A stretch of DNA of 64,000 nt from Cenococcum geophilum (lineage: Eukaryota): assembly GCA_050273025.1 (NCBI GenBank), contig CP158635.1:8866001-8930000 (forward strand), given 5' to 3'. The position numbers and the translations under genes were made by a program. The notes below the pieces were generated by a model that searched no databases, had not been told where the DNA came from, and worked only from the letters and a program-made list of their open reading frames with translations. Shown here piece after piece: positions 63,101-64,000 of the stretch (its first letter is position 1; each line of letters begins with the position of its first letter).

Positions 63101-64000
63101 GCTATTACTCTACTCTATTAGTTATTATCCGTTATAAGTCCTTAAGCTTACCTTATTTTATCTTAAGAATCTTAGTTATTTTATATCTCGTCTTAAAAAT
63201 CTTAAGCTTTTAGCCTTTTGCTTTTATTAAGTGCTAAAGTAGCTTACTATCCTACTTCTCTTATATCTCGCGAAGCGATAGATATTATATCTAGTAGGGT
63301 TTTAATCCCTACTAATGTTCCCTATTCTATAGTGAAATTATTCTTTACCTCTTATGTAATATCTCTAAGGTCTATATACTCCTAATAAGCTACCTTTATT
63401 ACCTTATTATTACGGAATGTTTCGCCTATATTAAATTTATTGTCCTTAATATCCGATCTATAAACTAGTTTATTAGTTCCTTTATATTCTACTAAGTATA
63501 GCTCCTATAGCTAATAGCTTACGCTATATTTAGCGTCCTTATAAATTTAGCATACATTATTATAATAAAATGTAAAGCTTTTAATTAAATATTCTTTTAT
63601 TTCTTATAGTATATTATTATTCCTCTATATATATATGTTATTTACTAGTCTTATTCCTTTTACTATATAGTAACTTTAACTACTTTTATAGTCTTTAATG
63701 TAATAACCTTATTTTCCGTGGTTTATATAAGCTCCCTCTTTAAACCATTTTTCTTACTATAGAGTCCGCCTAAATGTCTTCTGCTATTAAAATCCTTAAT
63801 TTAGCCTCTGCTCTTTAGACCTTTAATTACTTAATTCTTGTTCTCTAGGTTTCTATAATTTCTTATTTTATTTCCTAGATTCTTTAGTACTACTTAGGTC
63901 TATTAGCTTTACGCTATACTATAGTTTCTAACTTAGCTTTAGTTGTTATATACTCTACGCCTTATATAACTATAGAACTCTATCCTAGCCTCTCTTAGCC
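57156..64000 (-). mobile_element. Ty3/Gypsy chromovirus, copy B (same family as A), running off the window
   Basis: 3' LTR at 57156-57563 with PPT (reverse complement of CTATTTCCCTTCTC) beside it. Interior is the reverse complement of copy A without A's insertions and with ~215 bp extra at ~63245-63460. Confidence 0.92.
60598..60772. mobile_element. 175-bp solo LTR, essentially un-RIPed
   Basis: TGTC...GACA termini with 5-bp TSD ATAAT at 60593-60597 and 60773-60777; absent from copy A. Confidence 0.93.

Noticed and set aside
1..64000. Organellar, viral or alternative-genetic-code sequence
   Set aside because: The TAA/TAG excess falls at positions expected for CAA/CAG/TGG/CGA in recognisable nuclear TE proteins, which indicates RIP rather than recoding.

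Overview
Heterochromatin-like, AT/TpA-rich DNA from a RIP-competent filamentous ascomycete. No intact protein-coding gene is present, and the supplied ORFs are repeat artefacts or fragments. Translating by eye while reverting RIP changes (C->T, G->A) gives a deeply nested structure. The backbone from 1 to ~43012 looks like a RIP-killed Starship. Its DUF3435 tyrosine-recombinase captain lies on the minus strand (42473->24455) and is split in three by later insertions. Downstream of it are pseudogenes for a BTB/POZ protein, a Zn(II)2Cys6 factor and two C2H2 zinc-finger proteins. The captain-side end abuts a gag-truncated Gypsy element. Nested insertions are two Copia elements (one GalEa-like), four chromodomain Gypsy copies, two solo LTRs and two further TIR elements. 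There are also two copies of a non-coding CATC...GATG element (2-bp TSD) made of a hairpin and three kinds of tandem repeat. The last is a 6.1-kb Mutator-like element whose two convergent genes are cut by many ~50-bp introns carrying a GCATAT(GC) motif. Boundaries backed by TSDs are base-precise. Pseudogene limits and family assignments come from manual motif recognition and need HMM/BLAST confirmation.
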